A program made the translations under genes and the position numbers. The notes below the pieces were generated by a model. It searched no databases. It saw only the letters and a list, made by a program, of their open reading frames with translations, and was not told where the DNA came from. Shown here piece by piece: positions 41,055-53,098 of a stretch of DNA of 64,000 nt. Each line of letters starts with the position of its first letter. Positions within the stretch are counted from its first letter, which is position 1. Location of the stretch: positions 1-64,000 of IMG/VR virus record IMGVR_UViG_3300010388_000214. One strand, given 5' to 3'. Origin of the DNA: a virus (taxonomy: Duplodnaviria; Caudoviricetes).

Positions 41055-41233
41055 TTTCTGTCCTTTGTTATTTCCTGATATATATATTCAATCACGACCC
41101 ACGGACAATGTCAAGCGACACGCCGTGTGCTCACTAAAAAGTACCCCCCACCCAGTACTCAAATCATGTATCGTACATCTTTAAAAATTATTCAGATTTT
41201 CTGTAATTCTGATTTTCAAAATTTTTCAGATTT

Positions 41234-41977
41234 TTACTCAACAACGTTTTTACGGATCTCAGACAGAACCATCTCTGGCATCATAGACTGCTCTGAGTGC
41301 TGGTAGCGATAATCCAAAGTCTTGTTGCGGCCATAGATGTTTGGTGAGTTACTAGTCTCCTTAGTCAGAGCAAGTAGATTCTCGTTAAACATGTAACGCT
41401 TAAACACAACCTTCTTGTCAGTCATGATCTCAAGGAAGAACAGTGGGTCATCCTCTTTGACTGAAAACTTTCGGGTAGTCTTAGGAATGTGGTAATCCAA
41501 GTTCCAAGAGCGATACCACTTACCAATATTAAACTCTCCTGGTGACATACGTGCACCTTCCATTGGTGATACAGCAGGAAAGTATGGAGCTGTAAATCTA
41601 GCTACGACTGGTTCTGATGAAAAGAACAACCATGATAGATTATAGATAACATCAATTTGGTCGGGGAAGCTAGAAGGTCTCTCATGATACATTCCTGCAA
41701 TAGACTTTACATTCATACGAGGACTCTTTGCTGGGTCTGGTTCGTTCTCAAAGTAATAGTCTGGAATTTCAAATTCGTCATCGATAGCTGATCTAAATAC
41801 AAACACATTGTCTAATGTATTTCGTGCAGCAGGACATTGCGACATAAGAGATCCAGGAATCTTCTCACGATGAAGGTTTGTATAAACATTCTCTGGTTTG
41901 CGATACAGCATAGCCATAGACTCTGTGCTTGGCATGTAGTTTGCTGGTGCCCAGTAGATCGTAATTTCTTCTGACAT
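41234..41977 (-). CDS. conserved phage protein, apparent paralog of 10271-10987
   Basis: QCPA, PGEFNIGKWYR, EDDPLF. Confidence 0.65.
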   Translation of the reverse strand: MSEEITIYWAPANYMPSTESMAMLYRKPENVYTNLHREKIPGSLMSQCPAARNTLDNVFVFRSAIDDEFEIPDYYFENEPDPAKSPRMNVKSIAGMYHERPSSFPDQIDVIYNLSWLFFSSEPVVARFTAPYFPAVSPMEGARMSPGEFNIGKWYRSWNLDYHIPKTTRKFSVKEDDPLFFLEIMTDKKVVFKRYMFNENLLALTKETSNSPNIYGRNKTLDYRYQHSEQSMMPEMVLSEIRKNVVE

Positions 41978-42160
41978 TTATGGTAGCTTCAACTCGGGGG
42001 TAGACTTAATCAAGTTATAAGTCAAAGCCCATTTATTTATAAGCTTATAAGACACATGTAGATCCTTAGCGATCTGTCGAACTGTCTTGGTTTGTAGCTG
42101 TTCAGCTAGCCAGGTCTTATCCTGATAGTATTTGACGTATCCGTCTTTCATTGTTTCCAT
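41978..42160 (-). CDS. small HTH protein, paralog of 3588-3743
   Basis: YQDKTWL...TVRQIAKDLHVSYKLINKW. Confidence 0.7.
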   Translation of the reverse strand: METMKDGYVKYYQDKTWLAEQLQTKTVRQIAKDLHVSYKLINKWALTYNLIKSTPELKLP

Positions 42161-42242
42161 ATTCTCTCCTTTATGGTTTGGTATCTAAATTTTATCAGAC
42201 ACTATTTCTTTTTGCAAGTACAGGTATCTCCACACATAAACG

Positions 42243-42443
42243 TCACCACTTCCCCATAGGGCATACGGCCTTCTCTAACGTTGTTTTGAGCTTCATGTAA
42301 CATCCACACTTACGACATTTTGTTAGACGCTTATCTAGCCACTCACAGCCTTTACAAATTTCTAAACGCTGCTCAATGAGTTCTCTATCTGATCTCGGTT
42401 GTGATGGATCAAACAGATCTGTAAACTTTACGTCTTTGGCCAT
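42243..42443 (-). CDS. small Cys-rich Zn-binding protein
   Basis: RLEICKGC...CRKCGCYM..K...CP.GKW. Confidence 0.75.
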   Translation of the reverse strand: MAKDVKFTDLFDPSQPRSDRELIEQRLEICKGCEWLDKRLTKCRKCGCYMKLKTTLEKAVCPMGKW

Positions 42444-43105
42444 ACATCTATTTTATCACGTCTTAAGCATTGAGTTCAGATAATTCATTTCGTGCTCTGC
42501 ACTAACAAAGCCAGTGCCTTCAGTGGTCTTACAGTCTACACAAAATTTAATAATCATGTATCCGCCATTGTGGCTATCGGTTTGACCTATTTTCCAATTA
42601 TGTTTACAATCCATAATCTACTATATCAAATTTTCGACGGTATCAATCAGCTTGTCTGATTCCGAAGGAGGCATTGTCCACAAAAGGATAACTCCCCATA
42701 ATCGGTCATAGTATTAAACCAATATATATCTGATCTATGCCGTATGAGGAGCTATAGATATATTGTACACCCATTTGAAAAGGTTTGTCAAGGTTTGAAA
42801 GAAAAACCCCTAGCCGTAAATTAGAATGTGAGATCTACGGTTAGGGGAGCTTGGTTTTCTTGACTGGGACTTCTATTATATCAAAAGAAAATCCCCCACC
42901 TGCCGCAGCCTCCGATGGGGGATCCAATAGGTCGTCGGCTTTCGCAGAGGTCTCTATTGTTACTCTTTGTGGGAAGGACTTCCTTCACCATGATGTGGCC
43001 TAGTAAACTACGCCGAGAAGGACCTTGTCTTCTCATTAATACGATTATAGCAAAGAAAATCTCCCCTTGCAAGCAGAGGGGGAGATCGAGACAATTCTAT
43101 TGTAG

Positions 43106-43176
43106 CACCCCACCGAGGAATTGAACCCCGTCCAACAGGTTTGGAATCTGTCATGCTGCCGTAACACTTGTGAGAT
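43106..43176 (-). tRNA. tRNA-Trp(CCA)
   Basis: ATCTCAC/GTGGGGT acceptor, loop TTCCAAA, GGTTCAATTCC; TTGCAA-N17-TATAAT promoter at 43264-43236. Confidence 0.85.
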
Positions 43177-43783
43177 AGACAACCTAGCCACCGTAGATCC
43201 TAAGATTTCCTGCGTAGCTAGGTCTTAACATATTAATTATAGCAAATATTTTTACACATTGCAATAACATGTAAAGAAAATCGCAAAAACTTTACATATC
43301 GCCTAACATGTCTTATGTCAAATGAAAGACAACTTTACTTTGTAGAAAACAAATGAAAGCTAAATGAGGTTTACTTTCATTTAATGCCTTATATAGTCGT
43401 CATAAAGTTGGTTAATGCCTGTTATATTCGTCATTATTCAACTATTCGGGATTTCCGAACAGTTCACTTATTCGGTTTTTCCGAACAACTCAAATCAGTA
43501 CGTACCTTCCGAAAACCAGGAAAAGTTGGTGTCAAACCACAATAATTGGTTTAAATCGGAACGAACATTCTTATCTGTTACCATTTCGTTATCATTCTGT
43601 TACATATCTGTAACATTTACCCATATTCAAACCATATCTCGGATTCTGGGAGGTTAAGGTTTGAGGTTTGGGTATGTAATTCTCACCGCGAACTTTACGC
43701 CGTCGAGCTTTGCGATGCTTATTCATCTTAGTTATCAACATGTTGTGGATAACTTTTAAAAAGGACACTATAATAGTAATATC

Positions 43784-44098
43784 ATGACAATTTCGGAATG
43801 GCAGGGGATTCTAGGTTTAATCATAGCAATATCAGCTGTAGCAGGAATTGTCTTTGCTATTCTCCGTTTCTATATCAGAGCATTTGCTAAACAAGAATTA
43901 GAAGACATCAGACACGAACTTAAGCCTAATAGTGGATCGTCTATGAAAGATCAGGTAACACGGCTAGAAGCAAATCAGAAAGTGATTACGGAAACTCAGA
44001 AAACAGACAGTGAAAGATTTGATCACAAACTAGACAAGCTGGAAGATAAGGTCGACAAGATGTTCGAAATAATCCTTAAGCACTTTGGTAACAACTAA
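43784..44098 (+). CDS. TM plus coiled-coil protein (lysis-cassette type)
   Basis: N-terminal TM; ELKPNSGSSMKDQV.RLE. Confidence 0.7.
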   Translation: MTISEWQGILGLIIAISAVAGIVFAILRFYIRAFAKQELEDIRHELKPNSGSSMKDQVTRLEANQKVITETQKTDSERFDHKLDKLEDKVDKMFEIILKHFGNN

Positions 44099-44390
44099 TC
44101 CCTTATATATTAATATATATATACTAGATATCTTAGCTAGCTGTTATAGTTCTCTTATCAATTATTACAATTATACACACAAGTTCCTATGTCTTGATAC
44201 CAAAACCTCATATTCTTTGATAACATTTTGATAACGTTATGATTATGTTATAATTTTATATAGCTACTACTTAGGTTTTCTCTCTCATACCCACTTACCT
44301 AGGTAGTAGCTTTTTTAATGCCCTCCTGATTTCTTATTATTTAATGGTATAATTAAACTGATCTTGTTAAAGATCTAAGGAGAGTTTATT

Positions 44391-45185
44391 ATGAGTCAAT
44401 TTCAAAACTGGCTAAATAGTGTTAACGGTAAAGCCATTGAGATGGATAAGTCGTACGGAGCACAATGCTGGGACCTATGGTCACACTATGGAGTCAACAT
44501 GCTTGGCGTTACATTCTGGAAAACAGGAACAAACGCTGGTGGGGGATGCCCACAACACTCAGGCTTCACATGTGGCCTGTGGAAGACATTTGATCGTTCA
44601 GGTCTAGGCGAATGGCTGACCCCTGTACAAGGTCCACCTCAGCGTGGAGACGTAGCTATTTGGGAGTGGGGTTCCCCTGCAGGTCCTAACAGCCACGTTG
44701 CCATTGTTGTAGAAGACCGTGGAAGCAACGTATACTGCATGACACAGAATCCTGGTGCTGCACACTACGCAAACCTTTCAAAGGCTGGTATTCTCGGATA
44801 CCTTCGCCCAGACAACCAGTCCTTCTTTGATGGTCCTGGTGCTGGTTCAACTCCTGCTGCAACTGGAACAATTGCTGAACTAGCAGCTGCGGTTATCCGT
44901 GGTGAGTTTGGTAACGGTCCAGACCGTGTAGCAGCTCTTGGTGCAAACTATGATGCTGTTCAGGCAGAGGTTAACCGTATTCTAGGTGGTGGCTCAGCAG
45001 CTCCTGCTCCTGCACCAGTATCTAGCGGTACACAGCACGTCGTAGTTCCAGGTGATACACTCTGGGATTTGAGTGCTGCATACCTCGGAGATCCAACTAG
45101 ATACATGGAGATCTTCAATGCGTCAAACTTTAGTTCTGGAAATCCAAGCTTGATTTATCCAGGAGAAATCGCTATTATTCCTTAA
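44391..45185 (+). CDS. endolysin: CHAP-like catalytic domain, CW_7 repeat and LysM
   Basis: YGAQCWDL, GD, HVAIV, QN; LAAAVIRGEFGNG.DR..ALG..YDAVQAEVN; HVVVPGDTLW...LIYPGE. Confidence 0.9.
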   Translation: MSQFQNWLNSVNGKAIEMDKSYGAQCWDLWSHYGVNMLGVTFWKTGTNAGGGCPQHSGFTCGLWKTFDRSGLGEWLTPVQGPPQRGDVAIWEWGSPAGPNSHVAIVVEDRGSNVYCMTQNPGAAHYANLSKAGILGYLRPDNQSFFDGPGAGSTPAATGTIAELAAAVIRGEFGNGPDRVAALGANYDAVQAEVNRILGGGSAAPAPAPVSSGTQHVVVPGDTLWDLSAAYLGDPTRYMEIFNASNFSSGNPSLIYPGEIAIIP

Positions 45186-45201
45186 GGAGGAGAGAAAACA
45201 T

Positions 45202-45708
45202 ATGGAAAAGACACACTTCGTTAAGCAGGTATTTGACTACCTGTACCCGAGTAAAAACCGTGTAATCGCAGCTGTTGCGTTTGTTCGCACATTCAAGCAG
45301 GCAATTACTGGTACATCTGTAGTTGGTGGATCTGGATTGATCGCTATCAACGCAGGAGACATTGCAAACCTTAACTGGGAAGTTGTTATGTACACAGCAA
45401 TTGCTGTAGTTCTAACAGCTATCATTGCAGGTGCATCAGCTTTTGATGACGTATCTCGCAATGGTCTAAACAGCAAGTACATGGATGCGGCAACAACTCC
45501 AGAGCCTTCTGTTATTGTAGACCCAGCAGTGGTCAAGCAGTTATTGCGTCCAGCATCTTTTGTTCCTGCACCTGCAGAAGCACCAAAGGCTGCAGCTAAG
45601 CCAGCTACCCGTAAAAAGGCAACACCAAAGGCTACAGCAGCAGCTAACAAGGTTGTAGAGAACACCTTGAAGGCTGACCAGGCTCCAGCAGTTGAAGAGC
45701 CAATGTAA
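45202..45708 (+). CDS. holin-like membrane protein with Ala/Lys/Pro-rich tail
   Basis: Follows endolysin; RTFKQA and hydrophobic helices. Confidence 0.6.
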   Translation: MEKTHFVKQVFDYLYPSKNRVIAAVAFVRTFKQAITGTSVVGGSGLIAINAGDIANLNWEVVMYTAIAVVLTAIIAGASAFDDVSRNGLNSKYMDAATTPEPSVIVDPAVVKQLLRPASFVPAPAEAPKAAAKPATRKKATPKATAAANKVVENTLKADQAPAVEEPM

Positions 45709-45722
45709 TAACATTACAAGCG

Positions 45723-45760
45723 GATACCCCTCGACTAATACTCGGGGGGTATTCTTTTTG
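45723..45760 (+). terminator. intrinsic terminator
   Basis: GATACCCCTCGA...TCGGGGGGTATTC followed by T run. Confidence 0.7.
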
Positions 45761-45773
45761 CTATACTTAGGTT

Positions 45774-46511
45774 ATGAATAGAAAATTAGACTGGATTCCC
45801 AGATTTGACGAAAGGTCAAAGAACTTTCCCGTAAGAGGGATTTTAAAGAAACGTGTAGCACGTAAAAATGTTTTGTGGGTAGCAGGTCCAATCCTGGATC
45901 AGAAATCAGAAGGTGCCTGTGTAGGATTTGGGTGGACAGCACAAGCACTTGCCACTCCATTTGTTGTGAATCTTAAGACGCTTCCAGGAAAAGCACCAAA
46001 GACGCCACAACCTTTTGCTCGTTATGTATATACAAGTGCACAAAAGGTAGACGAGTATCCAGGAGAGTCTTACGAAGGAACTTCTGTTCTAGCTGGAGCA
46101 AAGGTTATGGAAAAGCATTTAGCTATAGCTTCATATTCTTGGGCATTCAACATTGATGACATCATTGATGCACTAATTCAAAAAGGACCAGTTGTGCTTG
46201 GTATTAACTGGTATGACGGAATGTACGAGGCACCAAATGGTGTGCTTTCTGTAACTGGAGATCATGTTGGCGGACACTGTCTTCTAGCTATTGGTTATAC
46301 TGTTTCTTCTCCTAAGTTTGGTGGCAACCCTACTGTTACCCTGCAAAATTCTTGGGGTAAAAAATGGGGTATCAATGGATTGGCAGAGATATCTGTACAA
46401 GATCTAAGAAAGCTAATGATGGAACAAGGAGAAGCTTGTATTCCATCCAAAACAGCATACGTAAAAAAAGCATCAATGGTTGACGCTATCAAGGGCATTT
46501 TCTCTAGGTAG
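45774..46511 (+). CDS. papain-like C1 cysteine peptidase
   Basis: LDQKSEGACVGF, GGHCLLAIGY, QNSWG..WG..G. Confidence 0.85.
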   Translation: MNRKLDWIPRFDERSKNFPVRGILKKRVARKNVLWVAGPILDQKSEGACVGFGWTAQALATPFVVNLKTLPGKAPKTPQPFARYVYTSAQKVDEYPGESYEGTSVLAGAKVMEKHLAIASYSWAFNIDDIIDALIQKGPVVLGINWYDGMYEAPNGVLSVTGDHVGGHCLLAIGYTVSSPKFGGNPTVTLQNSWGKKWGINGLAEISVQDLRKLMMEQGEACIPSKTAYVKKASMVDAIKGIFSR

Positions 46512-46593
46512 CCTCTTTAAAAATGCCAATGGTGTATAATGTAATTACTTAAACTTTTATTTAGTTGAGAATTTCTTGGAGGCCCAATTTTAG

Positions 46594-49334
<2,741 letters not shown>

Positions 49335-49335
<1 letters not shown>

Positions 49336-49850
49336 TGAGTCAGCTAAGAGTAAATAGCATTGGAAACCTAGATGGGTCTAAAATAGATTCTACTAGCGAT
49401 ATTGTTGATGTTGCCTTACGTAATGATGTTGCTTATGCACAAATTAATAAAATTGCCCTAACAAGTTTTGGATCTGGACATCAAAATATTTTATGGGATG
49501 AAGTTGCCATTAGTAAAAATATCAGTCTTTTATCAAATCAAATTTATTTTTCATTACCTGGCGTATATCAAATTACAGTGGGTATGAGAATTGGAAATAC
49601 TGCTTCAGATTCTTGGACAGGTATTAACGTTTTCTATCCTGCTACTAGCACTATTATTGCACGAAGCTATGGAACTGGTAACGTTGCAAATGATCCAGGA
49701 CCATTTCAGTTTACTTTGCTAGCAGAAATTACCCAAGTAAATGTACCATATCAAGTTAGACTGTATAGAGCAGGCGGAAGCTTGGTTCAAAGTACCCCAG
49801 ATACAGAAGCAGGTAGAGCTATAGTTATGAATATTGTGAAGGTGAGCTAA
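49335..49850 (+). CDS. tail-associated protein
   Basis: MSQLRVNSI N-terminus, beta-rich. Confidence 0.6.
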
Positions 49851-50824
49851 TGAGTACTTTAAAAACAAACAAGGTTGAAAACGTTGCTGGAGATGTGGGA
49901 ATTCAGTTTGATCCAGTATCTAAGCGTATTGAGCTTCTTAGTCATGGTTTTGTTTTAAATTTTGATGGTGTCAACATTGTTCCACAGGATAAGAGCAGAT
50001 CACAATTTACTTTTTCTGCTTCAGATCAAAGCTGGGTGGTGCCAGTGGGTGTAACAAAAATTTATGTTAAGTTATGGGCAGCAGGAGGAGCAGGTGGAGG
50101 ACCTGGATGGTCAACAGGCGGTTTTGGTGGCGGTGCAGGGCATACTCGTGGAATTATTCCAGTAACCCCAGGCGAAACATTAACTATTCGTGTACCACGT
50201 GGTGGATACGCAAATCCAGGAGCAACAAACGCACCATTTGGTGGTGGGTCTTCTACAGGTGGTGGTGATAATCAGTACGCTGGAGGTGGTGGAGGATATT
50301 GTGGAATATTCCGTGGAACAACACCTTTGCTAATTGCTGGTGCTGGTGGTGGCGGCGGCTGTCAAACTGGAAGTTACGGACAGAACCACGGTGGTGCTGG
50401 CGGAGGCCTAACTGGTCGTAGAGGTGAGTGTGGAAGAAATAACGTTGGATATACTGGCGGTGGTGGAACTCAAACTGCAGGTGGAACTGGAGGTAACGGT
50501 GGCAACTCTACTGGAAATTCTGGGTCATATCTTCAAGGTGGATCAGTAAACGGAAACGTCTACGGCGGTGGTGGCGGCGGTGGCTACTATGGTGGTGGCT
50601 CAGGATCTTACGGTGCATCGGACATGGCTGGCGGTGGCGGCGGATCTGGATATGTTGCTCCGTCAGTAATTATGGGGTCAACATATTCGGGTACTGGAAG
50701 ATATCCAGCAGGAACAGACGACATTGATTACCCTGCAAGCACTACGTCAAACTACACATCTATTGGTTTTGGTGGGGTTCAGCAGTCGCATGGTGGAGAC
50801 GGATTTTTGGTAATATATTACTAG
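49850..50824 (+). CDS. glycine-rich tail/adhesin protein
   Basis: WVVP.GVT.IYVKLWAAGGAGG; many GGGGG tracts. Confidence 0.75.
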   Translation: MSTLKTNKVENVAGDVGIQFDPVSKRIELLSHGFVLNFDGVNIVPQDKSRSQFTFSASDQSWVVPVGVTKIYVKLWAAGGAGGGPGWSTGGFGGGAGHTRGIIPVTPGETLTIRVPRGGYANPGATNAPFGGGSSTGGGDNQYAGGGGGYCGIFRGTTPLLIAGAGGGGGCQTGSYGQNHGGAGGGLTGRRGECGRNNVGYTGGGGTQTAGGTGGNGGNSTGNSGSYLQGGSVNGNVYGGGGGGGYYGGGSGSYGASDMAGGGGGSGYVAPSVIMGSTYSGTGRYPAGTDDIDYPASTTSNYTSIGFGGVQQSHGGDGFLVIYY

Positions 50825-50834
50825 GAGATAAATT

Positions 50835-51434
50835 ATGGCATCAACAATTAAAGTAGACAATATTCAAAACTCGTCAAGTCAAGACCTATTTGTCAATGGG
50901 TATCCAAGGCAGCCTGGTTCTGTAATTGAGTACCTAACTGGTCCTTGTGATGGATTAACCGCAACTGTTGGATCTGGAACATACACATTTCAAAACGTAA
51001 CCGCCACACAAGATTTTTCTACAACTTATTTAGATATTACTGGTAGCACTATTGCCTATACTCCACCTCCAGGAACCTCTCGGGTAATTTATAGATTTGA
51101 CTTTTCTTATGGTTGGCGTGATACAGCTCACTCAATTCAGCATTACAAATTTTTTATTGACGGCACAGAAGTTGTTTATGCAAGACATAGCAAGTCAGCA
51201 CAGTATCTTGAAAATAAGTCAACGTTTGAGTGGACAATCCCTATTGGCGGATCTCCCAATACAAATACTGGTCGACAGTCTGGATGGACAACTCCAAAAA
51301 CACTAAAGCTTCAGGCAAGACGTTACGCTAACGTATCTAATGGTGGAGTAATCCACGGTTCCTACTATTGGGACGGTGGCGGTTTGTCGAACCAGTTTTG
51401 TATGCCAACACTGAGCATTATCGCTATTGCTTAG
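50835..51434 (+). CDS. tail-associated protein
   Basis: MASTIKVDNI N-terminus, beta-rich. Confidence 0.6.
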   Translation: MASTIKVDNIQNSSSQDLFVNGYPRQPGSVIEYLTGPCDGLTATVGSGTYTFQNVTATQDFSTTYLDITGSTIAYTPPPGTSRVIYRFDFSYGWRDTAHSIQHYKFFIDGTEVVYARHSKSAQYLENKSTFEWTIPIGGSPNTNTGRQSGWTTPKTLKLQARRYANVSNGGVIHGSYYWDGGGLSNQFCMPTLSIIAIA

Positions 51435-51448
51435 GATATAATTATATA

Positions 51449-52258
51449 ATGGCTGAAATAGACTTTCCAGATACACCATCTGACGGTGACGAATATGCTA
51501 ACTATGTTTATAGTTCCTCTTCTGGGTGGAACAAAAAACCACCTGCACATCTTTACGATCTTGACGACGTAAGTATGGCTGGATCTCCAACTCACGGTAC
51601 TACTCTTGAGTACGACATCGTTAGAGGTTGGGGAGCAGGAGTTGGATTAGTATTCCCAGTTGGAGGAATTAGTGTATTTGCTGGAGCCACCCCTCCGTCA
51701 AACTATTTGCTTTGTGATGGATCTGTGGTTGCAAGATCTTTATACCCCAAACTTTTTCAAATCATTGGAACTACGTATAACACTGGAGCAGAAGCATCTA
51801 CAGACTTTAGGCTTCCAAACCTTAATGGTCGTGTAGCAGCAGGTGCAGATAGCTTTGACACAAATTTCGGGTATCTGGGAAGAGTCGGTGGATCTAAGAC
51901 TCACACTCTTACAGTTAACGAAATGCCTTCTCATACCCATATTCAAGACGCACATACGCACACTCAAAACTCACACTCACACACACAGGATTCACACAAT
52001 CATGGTATGACGATTGGTTTTCAGCCAAACAGCTGGGAAGCAGCAAACTTTGGGCTAGGGTACTTTGGTAGCTTGCAAAATGCCTGTGCCGTTACTGGTG
52101 GTTGGGACATTGGAACTACAGGTACTGCACCAAATATCGCAAATACAACAGCAGTAAACCTAGAAAATACAGCCACAAATCAAAATACTGGTGGAGGACT
52201 TTCTCACACAAATCTTCAGCCATACATTTCTATGAAATATATAATTAGATTTGAATAA
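51449..52258 (+). CDS. tail-collar-domain fibre, paralog 1
   Basis: IDFP..P.DGD; YLLCDG; H.LT..EMPSHTH; NLQPY. Confidence 0.85.
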   Translation: MAEIDFPDTPSDGDEYANYVYSSSSGWNKKPPAHLYDLDDVSMAGSPTHGTTLEYDIVRGWGAGVGLVFPVGGISVFAGATPPSNYLLCDGSVVARSLYPKLFQIIGTTYNTGAEASTDFRLPNLNGRVAAGADSFDTNFGYLGRVGGSKTHTLTVNEMPSHTHIQDAHTHTQNSHSHTQDSHNHGMTIGFQPNSWEAANFGLGYFGSLQNACAVTGGWDIGTTGTAPNIANTTAVNLENTATNQNTGGGLSHTNLQPYISMKYIIRFE

Positions 52259-52273
52259 GGTATAATTAGTTTT

Positions 52274-53074
52274 ATGGCAGATCTAAACTTTCCCACTTCA
52301 CCGCTAGATGGCGATACTTATGGTGACTACGTTTATGATTCTGCAACTGAAAGTTGGATTCTCAATTCAGATATTCTTCTTAGTAACGCTAAAGACGTAG
52401 ACTTTTCTGGATTAGCTGATGGTGACACAATATCTTACTCTACAGCTACTAGCAAATGGGTAGCTAATTCTGGTAGAAGAATACCTGTCGGTGCACTCTT
52501 CCCTTATCCGTCACTTTTGGCTCCAGAGGGCTACATTTCTTGTCAGGGACAAATACTCTCTCAAACAGAATATGCAGACCTCTACTCTGTCGTTGGCTCT
52601 TTGTATAATATTGGAGGAGAGCCATCTGGATCATTTAGAATCCCAAACTTGACCTCAAGAGTTCCAGTTGGGTATAGTTCTGGGGTATCCGAGTTTGATC
52701 CAGTAGGAAAGTACTCTGGAGGAAATACTCATAGGCTAACCATTAGCGAATTGCCATCACATACACACACTCAGGATGCACACAGTCACAGCCAAAACGC
52801 ACACAACCATACACAAGATTCTCACAGCCATAGTGCAACAACTTCTTTCTACAACTATGGTGGCAACTTTGGTTATGGATATTTTGGTTCGTTTAGAAAC
52901 CGTGTAGGCGTTACTGGTGGTTGGGGTCTAGGTACGACATCTGCCCAGCCCACCATCAACGGAACGGCAGCTGTTAATCAAAATGCCACCGCTCAAAATA
53001 TGAATACTGGTGGCGATGTTCCACACAACAATACTCAGCCGTATCTAACGCTTAACTATGTAATAAAATATTAG
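52274..53074 (+). CDS. tail-collar-domain fibre, paralog 2
   Basis: Same architecture; PEGYISCQG; HNNTQPY. Confidence 0.85.
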   Translation: MADLNFPTSPLDGDTYGDYVYDSATESWILNSDILLSNAKDVDFSGLADGDTISYSTATSKWVANSGRRIPVGALFPYPSLLAPEGYISCQGQILSQTEYADLYSVVGSLYNIGGEPSGSFRIPNLTSRVPVGYSSGVSEFDPVGKYSGGNTHRLTISELPSHTHTQDAHSHSQNAHNHTQDSHSHSATTSFYNYGGNFGYGYFGSFRNRVGVTGGWGLGTTSAQPTINGTAAVNQNATAQNMNTGGDVPHNNTQPYLTLNYVIKY

Positions 53075-53098
53075 TCGTTAAGGTATAATTAAATTATA

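Larger units (their letters stand above)
35728..41107 (-). promoter_or_regulatory. eleven PafBC/RecA-NDp-type promoters TGTC(A/C/T)G-N10-TAnnnT
   Basis: 35728-49, 36359-80, 36916-37, 37593-614, 38191-212, 38554-75, 38997-39018, 39201-22, 39422-43, 39946-67, 41086-107; fixed 10-nt spacer, each just upstream of a gene. Confidence 0.8.

Noticed and set aside
32300-41130. Repeated intergenic motifs as a CRISPR array
   Set aside because: Repeats are short, degenerate and separated by whole genes at irregular distances
43415-43657. 80-aa ORF in the operator-like region
   Set aside because: No SD or recognisable protein features; overlaps dense repeat motifs
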